From an uncultured Bacteriovoracaceae bacterium (GTDB lineage Bacteria; Bdellovibrionota; Bacteriovoracia; Bacteriovoracales; Bacteriovoracaceae): a stretch of DNA of 64,000 nucleotides. The stretch is from contig CAXGUD010000016.1 in assembly GCA_964012805.1 (NCBI GenBank), forward strand, positions 22,918 through 86,917, written 5' to 3'. The position numbers were made by a program, and so were the translations under genes. Shown here one piece after another: positions 39,747-48,193 of this stretch. The notes below the pieces were generated by a model. That model had not been told where the DNA came from. It did not search any database and was given only the letters and a program-made list of their open reading frames with translations. The first letter of the stretch is position 1; each line of letters starts with the position of its first letter.

Positions 39747-40126
39747 AACCAATTCATAAATATTTATTTCTTATTGCCGGTTTTATTTCAATGATCCTCG
39801 GATTTATTGGAATGTTTTTACCCATTTTGCCTACAACTCCTTTTATGATTTTAGCTGCTTTTTGTTTTTCAAAGAGTTCAGAAAGGCTTCACAAATGGCT
39901 TTTAAGTAGGCCTCATATTGGAAAATTAATTACCGATTGGGAAAAGCATGGAGTGATAAGGATGAAAGCAAAAATATATTCGACTATTATTATCATCCCT
40001 TTGTTTAGCTACACTCTCATTTTTGTTGATGTAAATTATTGGATTAAGGGCCTACTTGTTTTAATTGCCTTATCAGTTCTTTCCTTTATATGGAGTCGTC
40101 CCTCGAAACCATTTAAATCTTCTTAG
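39743..40126 (+). CDS. YbaN/DUF454 inner-membrane protein
   Basis: LGFIGMFLPILPTTPFMILAAFCFSKSSERLHKWL. Confidence 0.93.
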   Translation: MKPIHKYLFLIAGFISMILGFIGMFLPILPTTPFMILAAFCFSKSSERLHKWLLSRPHIGKLITDWEKHGVIRMKAKIYSTIIIIPLFSYTLIFVDVNYWIKGLLVLIALSVLSFIWSRPSKPFKSS

Positions 40127-40129
40127 GCT

Positions 40130-40477
40130 TTAACTTCCTCTATAAGTCGTATAGCCGTGACCGCTAATAAGAAGAGGAACATGGTAATGCTCATTTGCTT
40201 TATCTACAAAAAAACAAATGGAAGCTTCAGGGTAAAAACCTTTAATTTGATTTTCTAAATAATAATCTTGAAGCAAGAACGTTATTTTATAAGTACCTTC
40301 TTTTAAGTCCCATCCATCCATAATGAGTTTTTGAACTCTTCCATCGTCGTTTGTTATTCCTTCCCCGATGGTTTGCCACCCATTATCTTCCTTTTTTTTA
40401 AATTGAAGATCTACTTTTATATTTTTTCCAGGTTTTCCAAGCGTTGTATTTAGAACGTGAGTTGTTATAGCTCCCAT
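40130..40477 (-). CDS. uraH: 5-hydroxyisourate hydrolase
   Basis: ITTHVL, TNDDGR, FYP, HYHVPLL, C-terminal YRGS. Confidence 0.97.
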   Translation of the reverse strand: MGAITTHVLNTTLGKPGKNIKVDLQFKKKEDNGWQTIGEGITNDDGRVQKLIMDGWDLKEGTYKITFLLQDYYLENQIKGFYPEASICFFVDKANEHYHVPLLISGHGYTTYRGS

Positions 40478-42318
40478 AAAAGTTTCTCCAATCTAATGTT
40501 TGTAATTTTATTTTGCTCGCTAATTGCAATTTTCAGTTCTTCAGACTGATCATTATGAAGCCTTTTTTTCAATATTTCCAACATTTCTTCAGCTGATTTT
40601 CCTGTAGCACAAACGATAAAAATAAATCCATATTTTTCTTCATAAACATCATTAAGCTCTTTAAGCTCTTTCAAAACAGAAAGGGGTGTTTCTTTAACCC
40701 CTTTTTGTTCTCCATGAGACCAATTTTTTGTTTGATTATATTTTTTTTGAAGGCTTTCAAGGTCTCCAATCTTTGCATGACCCTTAAAAGCCTCAAGCCA
40801 GTCTTCACTGGAGAGGTTGAACCATACATCCTCAGACTTTTGAACCATCTCTTTAAATGTTATGAAAGGCCTTTTTTTAATTATACTTTCGGCCCATTTT
40901 TGACTTGAGCAACACTTAAAAGCTTCTTTTATTGCTTCAGAGTTTGCTAAGTCATTAAACTTTTTTATTTTCATTTCTTTTTGGTTGTCTTTTAAAATGG
41001 GTCTTCCAAAAGGACCAAAAGGCATAAGGCCATTTTCGTAGATAAGCTTTCCACCAAGGAATGTTTTTTCGATGACTCCATTAACAACTCTTCCCTCGTA
41101 TGGAGTAATTTTATTTTTAAAAAGTATTTTTTCTTTAGTAATTGTAAATTGCTTATCTGGTCTCCAAACAACAATATCGGCATCCATTCCGGGTAACAAA
41201 TCTCCTTTTTGTTTATCTAAACCGATTAATTCTGCTGGCTTTGAGCATAATAAACTAACTAAATCTGAAGGTGATAAACCTTGGTTTCTTCCTTCTGTCC
41301 AAACCAGAGGTAAAGAAAATTGAAGAGAAGAAATCCCTCCCCACGCCCTTTCAAGGTCTTCTTGTTCCATAAGTTTAAGGTTTGGTGTACAGGGGGAATG
41401 ATCCGATACGATAAAGTCAACGACACCTTCCTTCACACCATTCCATAAAGCGTTCCTGTTATCTTCTTCTCTGATAGGAGGACAGCACTTAAAGAGTGTT
41501 TTTCCTGGAGGAATCTTTTCTGATGCCAGGACAAGGTAGTGAGGACATGTTTCCACTGTTAATAAAGGGTTTTTTTCTTTTTGCTCTTTTAAGTAAGGCA
41601 AAATGTCACTACTTGAAAGGTGAACTATATGAACCTTACAAGAATGTTTTTCTGATAATGAGCCCATAAGAGTAATGGCATCATTTTCCCAATTTCTTGG
41701 ACGTGTTTTTAAAAATGATTCGTAATTTTTGGTTATTTCTAAGTCTTTAGTTTTTCCATCATCTAGTTCTGCATGAATAAGATAAGGAAGATCTGCCTTA
41801 GAAATAAAAGGCATTGCTTCATTTAGATCTTCTTTCGTCATGGGAGGAAACTCAGGGATTCCGGAATCGATAAGAAAGGACTTAACACCCATGACCCCAC
41901 TATCTAGTAGTTCTGGAAGCTCTTTTAAATCAAGTGGTGTCACACCACCCCAAAAACCGACGTTAACGTAGAGCTTTCCTTCGATGGCCTCAAGTTTAGT
42001 ATCAAAGTTTTTTTTTGTTGTTGTTACCGGAAGACAGTTAAGAGGCATATCAACGATGGTTGTTATTCCTCCTGCAGCTGCAGCTTGGGTTGCCGTTCTA
42101 AAACCTTCCCAATCTGTTCTTCCTGGTTCATTAACATGGACATGTGTATCAACAAGTCCAGGCATAATGAGCGCATCACCAAAATCTTCAAAAATATCAA
42201 CCTCATTGGGAGAGATGGAATCAAAAATTCCTTTAATTTTCCCATCCTCTATAATGAGTATTCCTTCTTTGTGAAAACTAGATCCAACGATATTTTTACT
42301 TTGTAGAGCAATTTTCAT
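40465..42318 (-). CDS. allB: allantoinase AllB fused to C-terminal OHCU decarboxylase (UraD)
   Basis: aa 1-445: DTHVHVNEPG, DMPLNC, IHAE, HIVHLS, ETCPHYL, KCCPPIR, SDHSPC; aa 449-617: WLEAFKGHAKIG, SxxEQ, YEEKYGFIFIVCATGKS, EQNKITNIRL. Confidence 0.93.
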   Translation of the reverse strand: MKIALQSKNIVGSSFHKEGILIIEDGKIKGIFDSISPNEVDIFEDFGDALIMPGLVDTHVHVNEPGRTDWEGFRTATQAAAAGGITTIVDMPLNCLPVTTTKKNFDTKLEAIEGKLYVNVGFWGGVTPLDLKELPELLDSGVMGVKSFLIDSGIPEFPPMTKEDLNEAMPFISKADLPYLIHAELDDGKTKDLEITKNYESFLKTRPRNWENDAITLMGSLSEKHSCKVHIVHLSSSDILPYLKEQKEKNPLLTVETCPHYLVLASEKIPPGKTLFKCCPPIREEDNRNALWNGVKEGVVDFIVSDHSPCTPNLKLMEQEDLERAWGGISSLQFSLPLVWTEGRNQGLSPSDLVSLLCSKPAELIGLDKQKGDLLPGMDADIVVWRPDKQFTITKEKILFKNKITPYEGRVVNGVIEKTFLGGKLIYENGLMPFGPFGRPILKDNQKEMKIKKFNDLANSEAIKEAFKCCSSQKWAESIIKKRPFITFKEMVQKSEDVWFNLSSEDWLEAFKGHAKIGDLESLQKKYNQTKNWSHGEQKGVKETPLSVLKELKELNDVYEEKYGFIFIVCATGKSAEEMLEILKKRLHNDQSEELKIAISEQNKITNIRLEKLLWEL

Positions 42319-42445
42319 ATATTATGACCTCAATTTAGGCAAATTATTGGTTGTTTATGTTAATCTGGGACAAAAATTATTTTCTAACTTTTGATGCCTC
42401 AATTTTTTGAGACAAGGATAATACCTAAGGGTTTTAAAGAGGACA

Positions 42446-43045
42446 ATGGCCGTGGGCAAACTTCTTTTAACGGGCTTTGAAAAATTCTTAAGTTTTCCAA
42501 CTAATCCGTCTGAGGAGGTTGCAAAACGTCTTAAGGGAAGGAAAGTAGGTAAATATCAATGCGATTCAATTACCCTTCCTGTCGATTTTGAAGAATCTGT
42601 TGCAATTTTGTCAGATACCCTTGAAAAGGGGTCCTATGACTTAGCTTTAAGTTTAGGGCTTGCCTACTCAAGAGAAGTTATTTCCTTAGAAAGGGTCGCA
42701 TTAAATTTAATTGATGATGGTGTTCGAAAGGATAATAAGGGCAGAATCATTGAAGATAAACAAATTTTAAGTGAAGGGGTGAATGCTTACTTTGCAAGCC
42801 TTCCCTTAAAAAAAATTCATCTTGCCTTAAATGAAGCGGGACTAAAGTCTGAGTTATCACTTAGTGCAGGTAGTTACGTATGTAATTTAGTCATGTATCA
42901 TCTCCTTCATTTTCAAAATACTATTTCTCCTAGTATGTTGGCCGGATTTATTCATATTCCTCCGGACGCTTCTTTAAAAAGAGAGTCTAAGTGGACGTTA
43001 GATCAATTGGAGGAAGCAATACACATCGTTATAAATAATTGCTAA
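42446..43045 (+). CDS. pcp: pyroglutamyl-peptidase I
   Basis: LLTGFEKF, NPS, LERVALN, SAGSYVCN, GFIHIP. Confidence 0.95.
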   Translation: MAVGKLLLTGFEKFLSFPTNPSEEVAKRLKGRKVGKYQCDSITLPVDFEESVAILSDTLEKGSYDLALSLGLAYSREVISLERVALNLIDDGVRKDNKGRIIEDKQILSEGVNAYFASLPLKKIHLALNEAGLKSELSLSAGSYVCNLVMYHLLHFQNTISPSMLAGFIHIPPDASLKRESKWTLDQLEEAIHIVINNC

Positions 43046-43172
43046 ACTTTTTTAATTTTTCTAAATGAATAATTTAAAGACTTTTAATCTATTTCTAACT
43101 TAATAAAAAAATATCTCGTCGATAATGGGACCTGTAAACCCCTTCAATTAATTATTAAAAGGGTGGAGTTTT

Positions 43173-43298
43173 ATGGTCTTCAAAATGATTTTACAACAAG
43201 TTCTTCTCCGGATTGGGTACTATCTTCTTTTTATGTTCTTCGGAGTCGTTTTTGTCTGGCATTGGCTAAGTAGTCTAACTAAAAAAGTTAAGGTTTAA
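43173..43298 (+). CDS. putative 41-aa single-TM small protein (not in ORF track)
   Basis: MVFKMILQQVLLRIGYYLLFMFFGVVFVWHWLSSLTKKVKV; GGTGGAG just upstream; fills the pcp-gor gap. Confidence 0.5.
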   Translation: MVFKMILQQVLLRIGYYLLFMFFGVVFVWHWLSSLTKKVKV

Positions 43299-43319
43299 AA
43301 AAATACTTTTTGGTTGGGG

Positions 43320-44675
43320 TTATCCCTTTTTTGTCCTCATTGTGACAAACTCTTCGGCCGACGTTGGGTGTATTCCAATTGTTCCATCAAAGTCTTGCTT
43401 AGTAGCACCACACTTTAGAGCAATAGCTATTCCTTGCATTATTTCAGCAGAGTCCTTTCCTACAGCATGGGCACCAAGTATTTTTTGAGTCTTGTTATCA
43501 ACAACAAGCTTCATAAAAGTTTTTTCACTTAGGCCAGTTAAGGTATGTTTTAAGGGTCTAAACGATGATTCGTAAATGTCGACGACAAGACCTTTTTCGA
43601 GCGCGTCTTCTTCGCTAAGACCGACAGTTGCTAACGGGGGTTGTGAAAAAACTGCTGATGGAATATTTTTATACTCCATTTTAAAATCTTTCGAATTATA
43701 AAGGTACTCAGATAAAAATGTTCCCTGAGTGGTTGCAACTGGAGTCAGGTAAACTTTGTCGATGCAATCACCAATGGCATAAATATTATCGATAGAAGTC
43801 TGAAAGTAATTGTTAACAATTATTCCACCTTTTTCATTAACTTTTACACCGGCTTTTTCTAACCCAAGTCCGGTAGTGTAGGGAACCCTTCCTATCGCAT
43901 AAACAACAGCATCACACTCTAAAACCTCATTGGTATTTGTATGAACCAAAAAACTTTTTTCTTTTTTTTCTATTTTTTCAATAGTTGTTTCGGTTTTGAT
44001 ATCAATACCCTTTTTTATCATTTCTTCTTGAAGAAACTTTCTAAGGCCTTGATCAAATCCTCTTAAGACATATTTTTTTCTGATTGCCAAAGTCGTTTTG
44101 CTTCCCAGTCCATTAAAAATACCAGCAAATTCAACTGCAATATAACCACCTCCTACAACCAAAATACGTGGAGGGAGATCCTCCATATTAAATACGTCTT
44201 GCGAGAGAAGGATGTGTTCATTTCCTGGGATATTAATTGTAGTTGGTTTTGACCCTGAACTAATAATAATATTTTTTGCAGTTATTTTTTTTGAACCAAC
44301 GAGCAGAGTATGTTGGTCGAGAATTTTACCTCTTTCAAAAAAGACTTCAACATTTTTGTTAGTAAGGAGGTTTTGGTAAATTTGGCTTAATCTTTCGACT
44401 TCTTGGTCAATCGACTTTTTCAATTGGCTCCAATTGAAAGAAATTCCTTTAGTTGTCCAACCATAAGGCCTTGAGCCCTCTTCTTCGTGAGAAAATTCGG
44501 AAGCATAAACCATGAGCTTTTTTGGAATACAGCCTCTGATAACACAGGTACCACCATAGCGGTCCTCTTCACAAATACCAACTTTAGCACCTAAATTTGC
44601 GCTCCAGCGTGCTGTCCTGACTCCACCAGATCCACCACCTATTACAAAAAGGTCAAAATCAAATTTTTTCTGCAT
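43320..44675 (-). CDS. gor: glutathione-disulfide reductase
   Basis: GGGSGG, GGTCVIRGCIPKK, GGGYIAVEFA, LTPVA, GIHPTSAEEFVTM. Confidence 0.95.
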   Translation of the reverse strand: MQKKFDFDLFVIGGGSGGVRTARWSANLGAKVGICEEDRYGGTCVIRGCIPKKLMVYASEFSHEEEGSRPYGWTTKGISFNWSQLKKSIDQEVERLSQIYQNLLTNKNVEVFFERGKILDQHTLLVGSKKITAKNIIISSGSKPTTINIPGNEHILLSQDVFNMEDLPPRILVVGGGYIAVEFAGIFNGLGSKTTLAIRKKYVLRGFDQGLRKFLQEEMIKKGIDIKTETTIEKIEKKEKSFLVHTNTNEVLECDAVVYAIGRVPYTTGLGLEKAGVKVNEKGGIIVNNYFQTSIDNIYAIGDCIDKVYLTPVATTQGTFLSEYLYNSKDFKMEYKNIPSAVFSQPPLATVGLSEEDALEKGLVVDIYESSFRPLKHTLTGLSEKTFMKLVVDNKTQKILGAHAVGKDSAEIMQGIAIALKCGATKQDFDGTIGIHPTSAEEFVTMRTKKG

Positions 44676-44780
44676 AGGGTCTACTCCTAAATGATTCCAT
44701 CTTCAGCGGGGGAATATACAGTATGAAGACTTCTTTGATCAATAAAAAGCTTAAAAATAAAGTGGGGTGGTTAAGGTAAA

Positions 44781-47747
44781 TTAAGAGATGATAGGCAACA
44801 CAATAGTAAAGACTGTCTCGACATCGATTTCACTTTCTACTTTTATGGAGCCTCCTATTTTTTCAACTTCATACCTTACCGCATCAGTACCAACTCCTCT
44901 TCCACTTATGTGGTCAATATGATCTCTAGTTGAAAATCCAGGTAAGAATATAAAATCAATGATTTCACTGTTTGATAATGCATCTAACTCTTTGGGTTCC
45001 TTGAGTTGTTTCTCAAGGACTTTAATTTTTACACCTAATGGATCTATCCCTTTTCCATCATCTTTTATAGTTAAAATAACTTTATCTTTTTTTCTTTCAG
45101 TCTTAATTAAAATAAGTCCATTTTCATTTTTATTTTTCTTCTTTCTTTCCTCTTTTGTTTCAATTCCATGATCCATAATATTTCTAAAGAGGTGAATGGA
45201 AGTGTTGAAGAAACTGCTATATTCTTCGGTATTAATTAAAACTTCATCTCCTCTAAACTCAATAACCACAGATTTTTCTAGTTCCTTTGCTAACTCATCA
45301 ATGAGGGCTTCAAACTTCTTGAATTGACTTTTAAAGTCTTTAAGTATGTACTTTTCTCTAATTAAAGTTTGAAGTTCTTCAAGAGACTTCACTTTATCAA
45401 TATGCTGTAATACATCTCTGGAAGGGATAGAGTTTCCCTGTTCCAGTAATAATTTATTAGCAGCTTGAATAAGAAGCCTATGCTCACTAAAAAGCTCATT
45501 CATATTTTTTTCTAGATGATCAAGCTCTTCAAAAAAGATATCCCAGCTTTTTTCTTCTAACTTTTCTTCAAGTAAGTGAAGAATATTTGATATATTTCTA
45601 ATTTTAAATTGGGCGTATTGTGCTTTCATTGTATGAAATTTTCGAAAGTAAAACTCTTCGTTATCAGCAAGTGTTTCAATATCAGGTCTATCGATGAGAA
45701 AGCTATAGGACTCATTTATTAGATCTAAAAACTCCTCAGGATTTTGGAGGCAGGTCTTAATGAAATAAGCTTCCTCTTTATCTTTATCGATTTTTTTGAG
45801 GAGCTTCTTTTCTACTGTTTTATCAGATGCGATAACAATAATATTTTTTATAGAAAGGTCACCTTTTGCATTTTGCTTTCCATCTTCTGAGTCGTAGATG
45901 GGTCTATATTCCAATTCTATATAGCGGTCGTCAGAGCGTTCATCAAATTGGTTGGGCGCCAAAGCAATAAGGTCTTTGAACTGAAAACATCCACTCCAAA
46001 TTGTTTTAATCCATTTTTCAATATGTTCACGTCTTTTATTATTTTTTTTCCATAACTCTGAAAACTTTATTTTTTCTATTTCAGATTCAACAAGTGAAGT
46101 CTCAAAAAGATCATGACACGTTTTACTGGCTCCTTCCTCGATAATGCCTTCCTTGTTTATCGTCATATATCCTTCTTTTAAATTATCAATAAGTACATCT
46201 CTTTTATGTTTTTGTTCATAGAGGTGCTCCATCATATATTCTAATTCCATCTTGCTCATTTCTAACTCATATTCTCTTTCTGCAATGGCCCTTTCGCTTT
46301 CAATTTCTTTTGTCCGATCTGTTACAAGAACAATGATTCTATCAATATTACCTTGAGCATTAGTTTCATATGGAACATATTCAAGAAATATATTCTTCTT
46401 TTTAGAGTCATTAAATAATTTGGGGGCCAAATCTGAAAAATGCTCAAAGTTTATTTTTCCTTTAAAAAAATCACCATATAATTTTATAAAGGATTCTTTT
46501 TTTTCTTCTGATAAATTTAAGATATTTTCTATTTTAATTTCCAATAGTTCTGACTCAAAGAGGTCTCTATTGAGGAGTTTCTCTGCAACTTTGGTGGTTC
46601 CTTCCAATACGAAACCATCCTTATTAAAGCATAATACCCCTTGATTAAGGCAATTAAGAGTGGCTTCTCTGGCCTTTTTCTGTTCGTAAAGGTTGTCCAT
46701 CATGTCTTCATTATTCATCTCTTGGACTTCTAATTTAAAAAGGCTTTCTTTTAATTCACCGACTAGTTTTAGTTTCCTATCTTCGGCGTTTTCCATTTCC
46801 ATTTTAAAAACATTTATCCAATTTTTTTCTTCTTCTTTTCTTATTAAGAAATAATGGAAGAGAAAACATGATTGAAATAAAGCGATTGAAATAAAATAAA
46901 AGAATAGAACCTCTTTTTGAATTGGTATTTTTAAAAATAAATAAATACAAAGAATCAAGTTCGAAGAAAATATATATGTTAAGGAATGAAGTTTTAAAGA
47001 GAAGGAATTAATTTCTTTTTTAGTTAAATAGTATAGGAATATTAGATAGAAAAATATTAAGGAAGGTAGCACTAATATATTTTGGCTTTTAATATTCAGC
47101 CTTGATGAAAAAATAAATAATCCAAGAAACAAAATAGATGTTGAAATTGAATTGAAGTTTGTAAAAAATTTATTTTTATGAAATTTTCCATTATCAGCTT
47201 TTATTGTTTCATTAATAAAGAAGAAAAATAAAATTATAAAACCGGTTAAAATAATAAGGCTGCTGCTTTTTATGACAGGCAAAAATAAAATTATAAAAAT
47301 AAGAATTAATAAGAATTGAGAACATTTTTCTAACGATATTAAATTAATATTTATTTTGCTTATAGTAAGCCTGCTTAGGGAATGAAATAACGATAGAGTT
47401 ACAAGTATATTTAAGGCGATAAAGATAATAGTTAACTTTTCTATAAATACTGAGCTTAAAGCTGTGGACCAATAAGAACTACTTTGAAGTAGGGAGTAAG
47501 AAGTAATAAAAATAATGTTTAAGAGAGAAATTCTAAGGGCAATTGTTTTTTTTTCCTTGTAAGAGAAAAGTGAAAGAAGGAGAAGGAAGATTATTATTAA
47601 ACTTAATATGGGCTCAGATAAAATTTTATGAGTGAGGCTTATTAAATTCAGACTGTTACCATTTTGGACAAGGGAATTGGTATGCTCACTTTGAGCAAGT
47701 AAATCTCCCATAAAAAAATTTAAAAATGTCCAAAAAAGTAACTTCAA
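44781..47747 (-). CDS. membrane-bound CheA-like histidine kinase (multi-TM, two PAS-like repeats, HPt, HATPase; no CheW domain)
   Basis: FRKFHTMKA (HPt), HLFRNIMDHGIE, DDGKGID, IFLPGFST, SGRGVG; about 300 aa hydrophobic N-terminus; start codon uncertain. Confidence 0.88.
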   Translation of the reverse strand: MKLLFWTFLNFFMGDLLAQSEHTNSLVQNGNSLNLISLTHKILSEPILSLIIIFLLLLSLFSYKEKKTIALRISLLNIIFITSYSLLQSSSYWSTALSSVFIEKLTIIFIALNILVTLSLFHSLSRLTISKININLISLEKCSQFLLILIFIILFLPVIKSSSLIILTGFIILFFFFINETIKADNGKFHKNKFFTNFNSISTSILFLGLFIFSSRLNIKSQNILVLPSLIFFYLIFLYYLTKKEINSFSLKLHSLTYIFSSNLILCIYLFLKIPIQKEVLFFYFISIALFQSCFLFHYFLIRKEEEKNWINVFKMEMENAEDRKLKLVGELKESLFKLEVQEMNNEDMMDNLYEQKKAREATLNCLNQGVLCFNKDGFVLEGTTKVAEKLLNRDLFESELLEIKIENILNLSEEKKESFIKLYGDFFKGKINFEHFSDLAPKLFNDSKKKNIFLEYVPYETNAQGNIDRIIVLVTDRTKEIESERAIAEREYELEMSKMELEYMMEHLYEQKHKRDVLIDNLKEGYMTINKEGIIEEGASKTCHDLFETSLVESEIEKIKFSELWKKNNKRREHIEKWIKTIWSGCFQFKDLIALAPNQFDERSDDRYIELEYRPIYDSEDGKQNAKGDLSIKNIIVIASDKTVEKKLLKKIDKDKEEAYFIKTCLQNPEEFLDLINESYSFLIDRPDIETLADNEEFYFRKFHTMKAQYAQFKIRNISNILHLLEEKLEEKSWDIFFEELDHLEKNMNELFSEHRLLIQAANKLLLEQGNSIPSRDVLQHIDKVKSLEELQTLIREKYILKDFKSQFKKFEALIDELAKELEKSVVIEFRGDEVLINTEEYSSFFNTSIHLFRNIMDHGIETKEERKKKNKNENGLILIKTERKKDKVILTIKDDGKGIDPLGVKIKVLEKQLKEPKELDALSNSEIIDFIFLPGFSTRDHIDHISGRGVGTDAVRYEVEKIGGSIKVESEIDVETVFTIVLPIIS

Positions 47748-47791
47748 AATAGTTAAAAACCCTACTTAATTTCCCATTAAGATTATCATTT

Positions 47792-47819
47792 TTATCGGTT
47801 AAGCTATCAAAAATATTAA
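47792..47819 (-). promoter_or_regulatory. sigma28 (FliA)-like promoter
   Basis: Minus strand TTAA-16 nt-ACCGATAA about 45 nt upstream of the kinase start. Confidence 0.6.
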
Positions 47820-48013
47820 GTTTTAAACTCGTCTTTAAATTCAATATTTTTAAAAATTGGGACCAACTTCTAACAAATACTTTGAACAATAAATTTGAAA
47901 TAAAGAAATTTAATTGAGTATAAAAAATACACCTTTTTCATTTAAGAATTTCGTTAAGGTTTTATGTGTCATAGGAAAGACTATTCATGAACTTAAATAT
48001 CAATGGTGATTAA

Positions 48014-48148
48014 ATGAAAAAGCTTGTATTTGGAATCGTTTTAATATCTTTTCTTGCTTCTTTAACTTCTTGTTCAACAAAAAAAAGAAGATGTAAGAGT
48101 TCTTGGGAGAGCATGAAAAAAGGGTCCAATTGCGTTTATGTTTACTAA
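48014..48148 (+). CDS. 44-aa small lipoprotein (not in ORF track)
   Basis: MKKLVFGIVLISFLASLTSC-STKKRRCKSSWESMKKGSNCVYVY; signal II with LTSC lipobox; GGTG upstream. Confidence 0.75.
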   Translation: MKKLVFGIVLISFLASLTSCSTKKRRCKSSWESMKKGSNCVYVY

Positions 48149-48193
48149 ACGAAAAGAACCCTTTTTCACTTTAGAAATTTATTAGAATCACCT

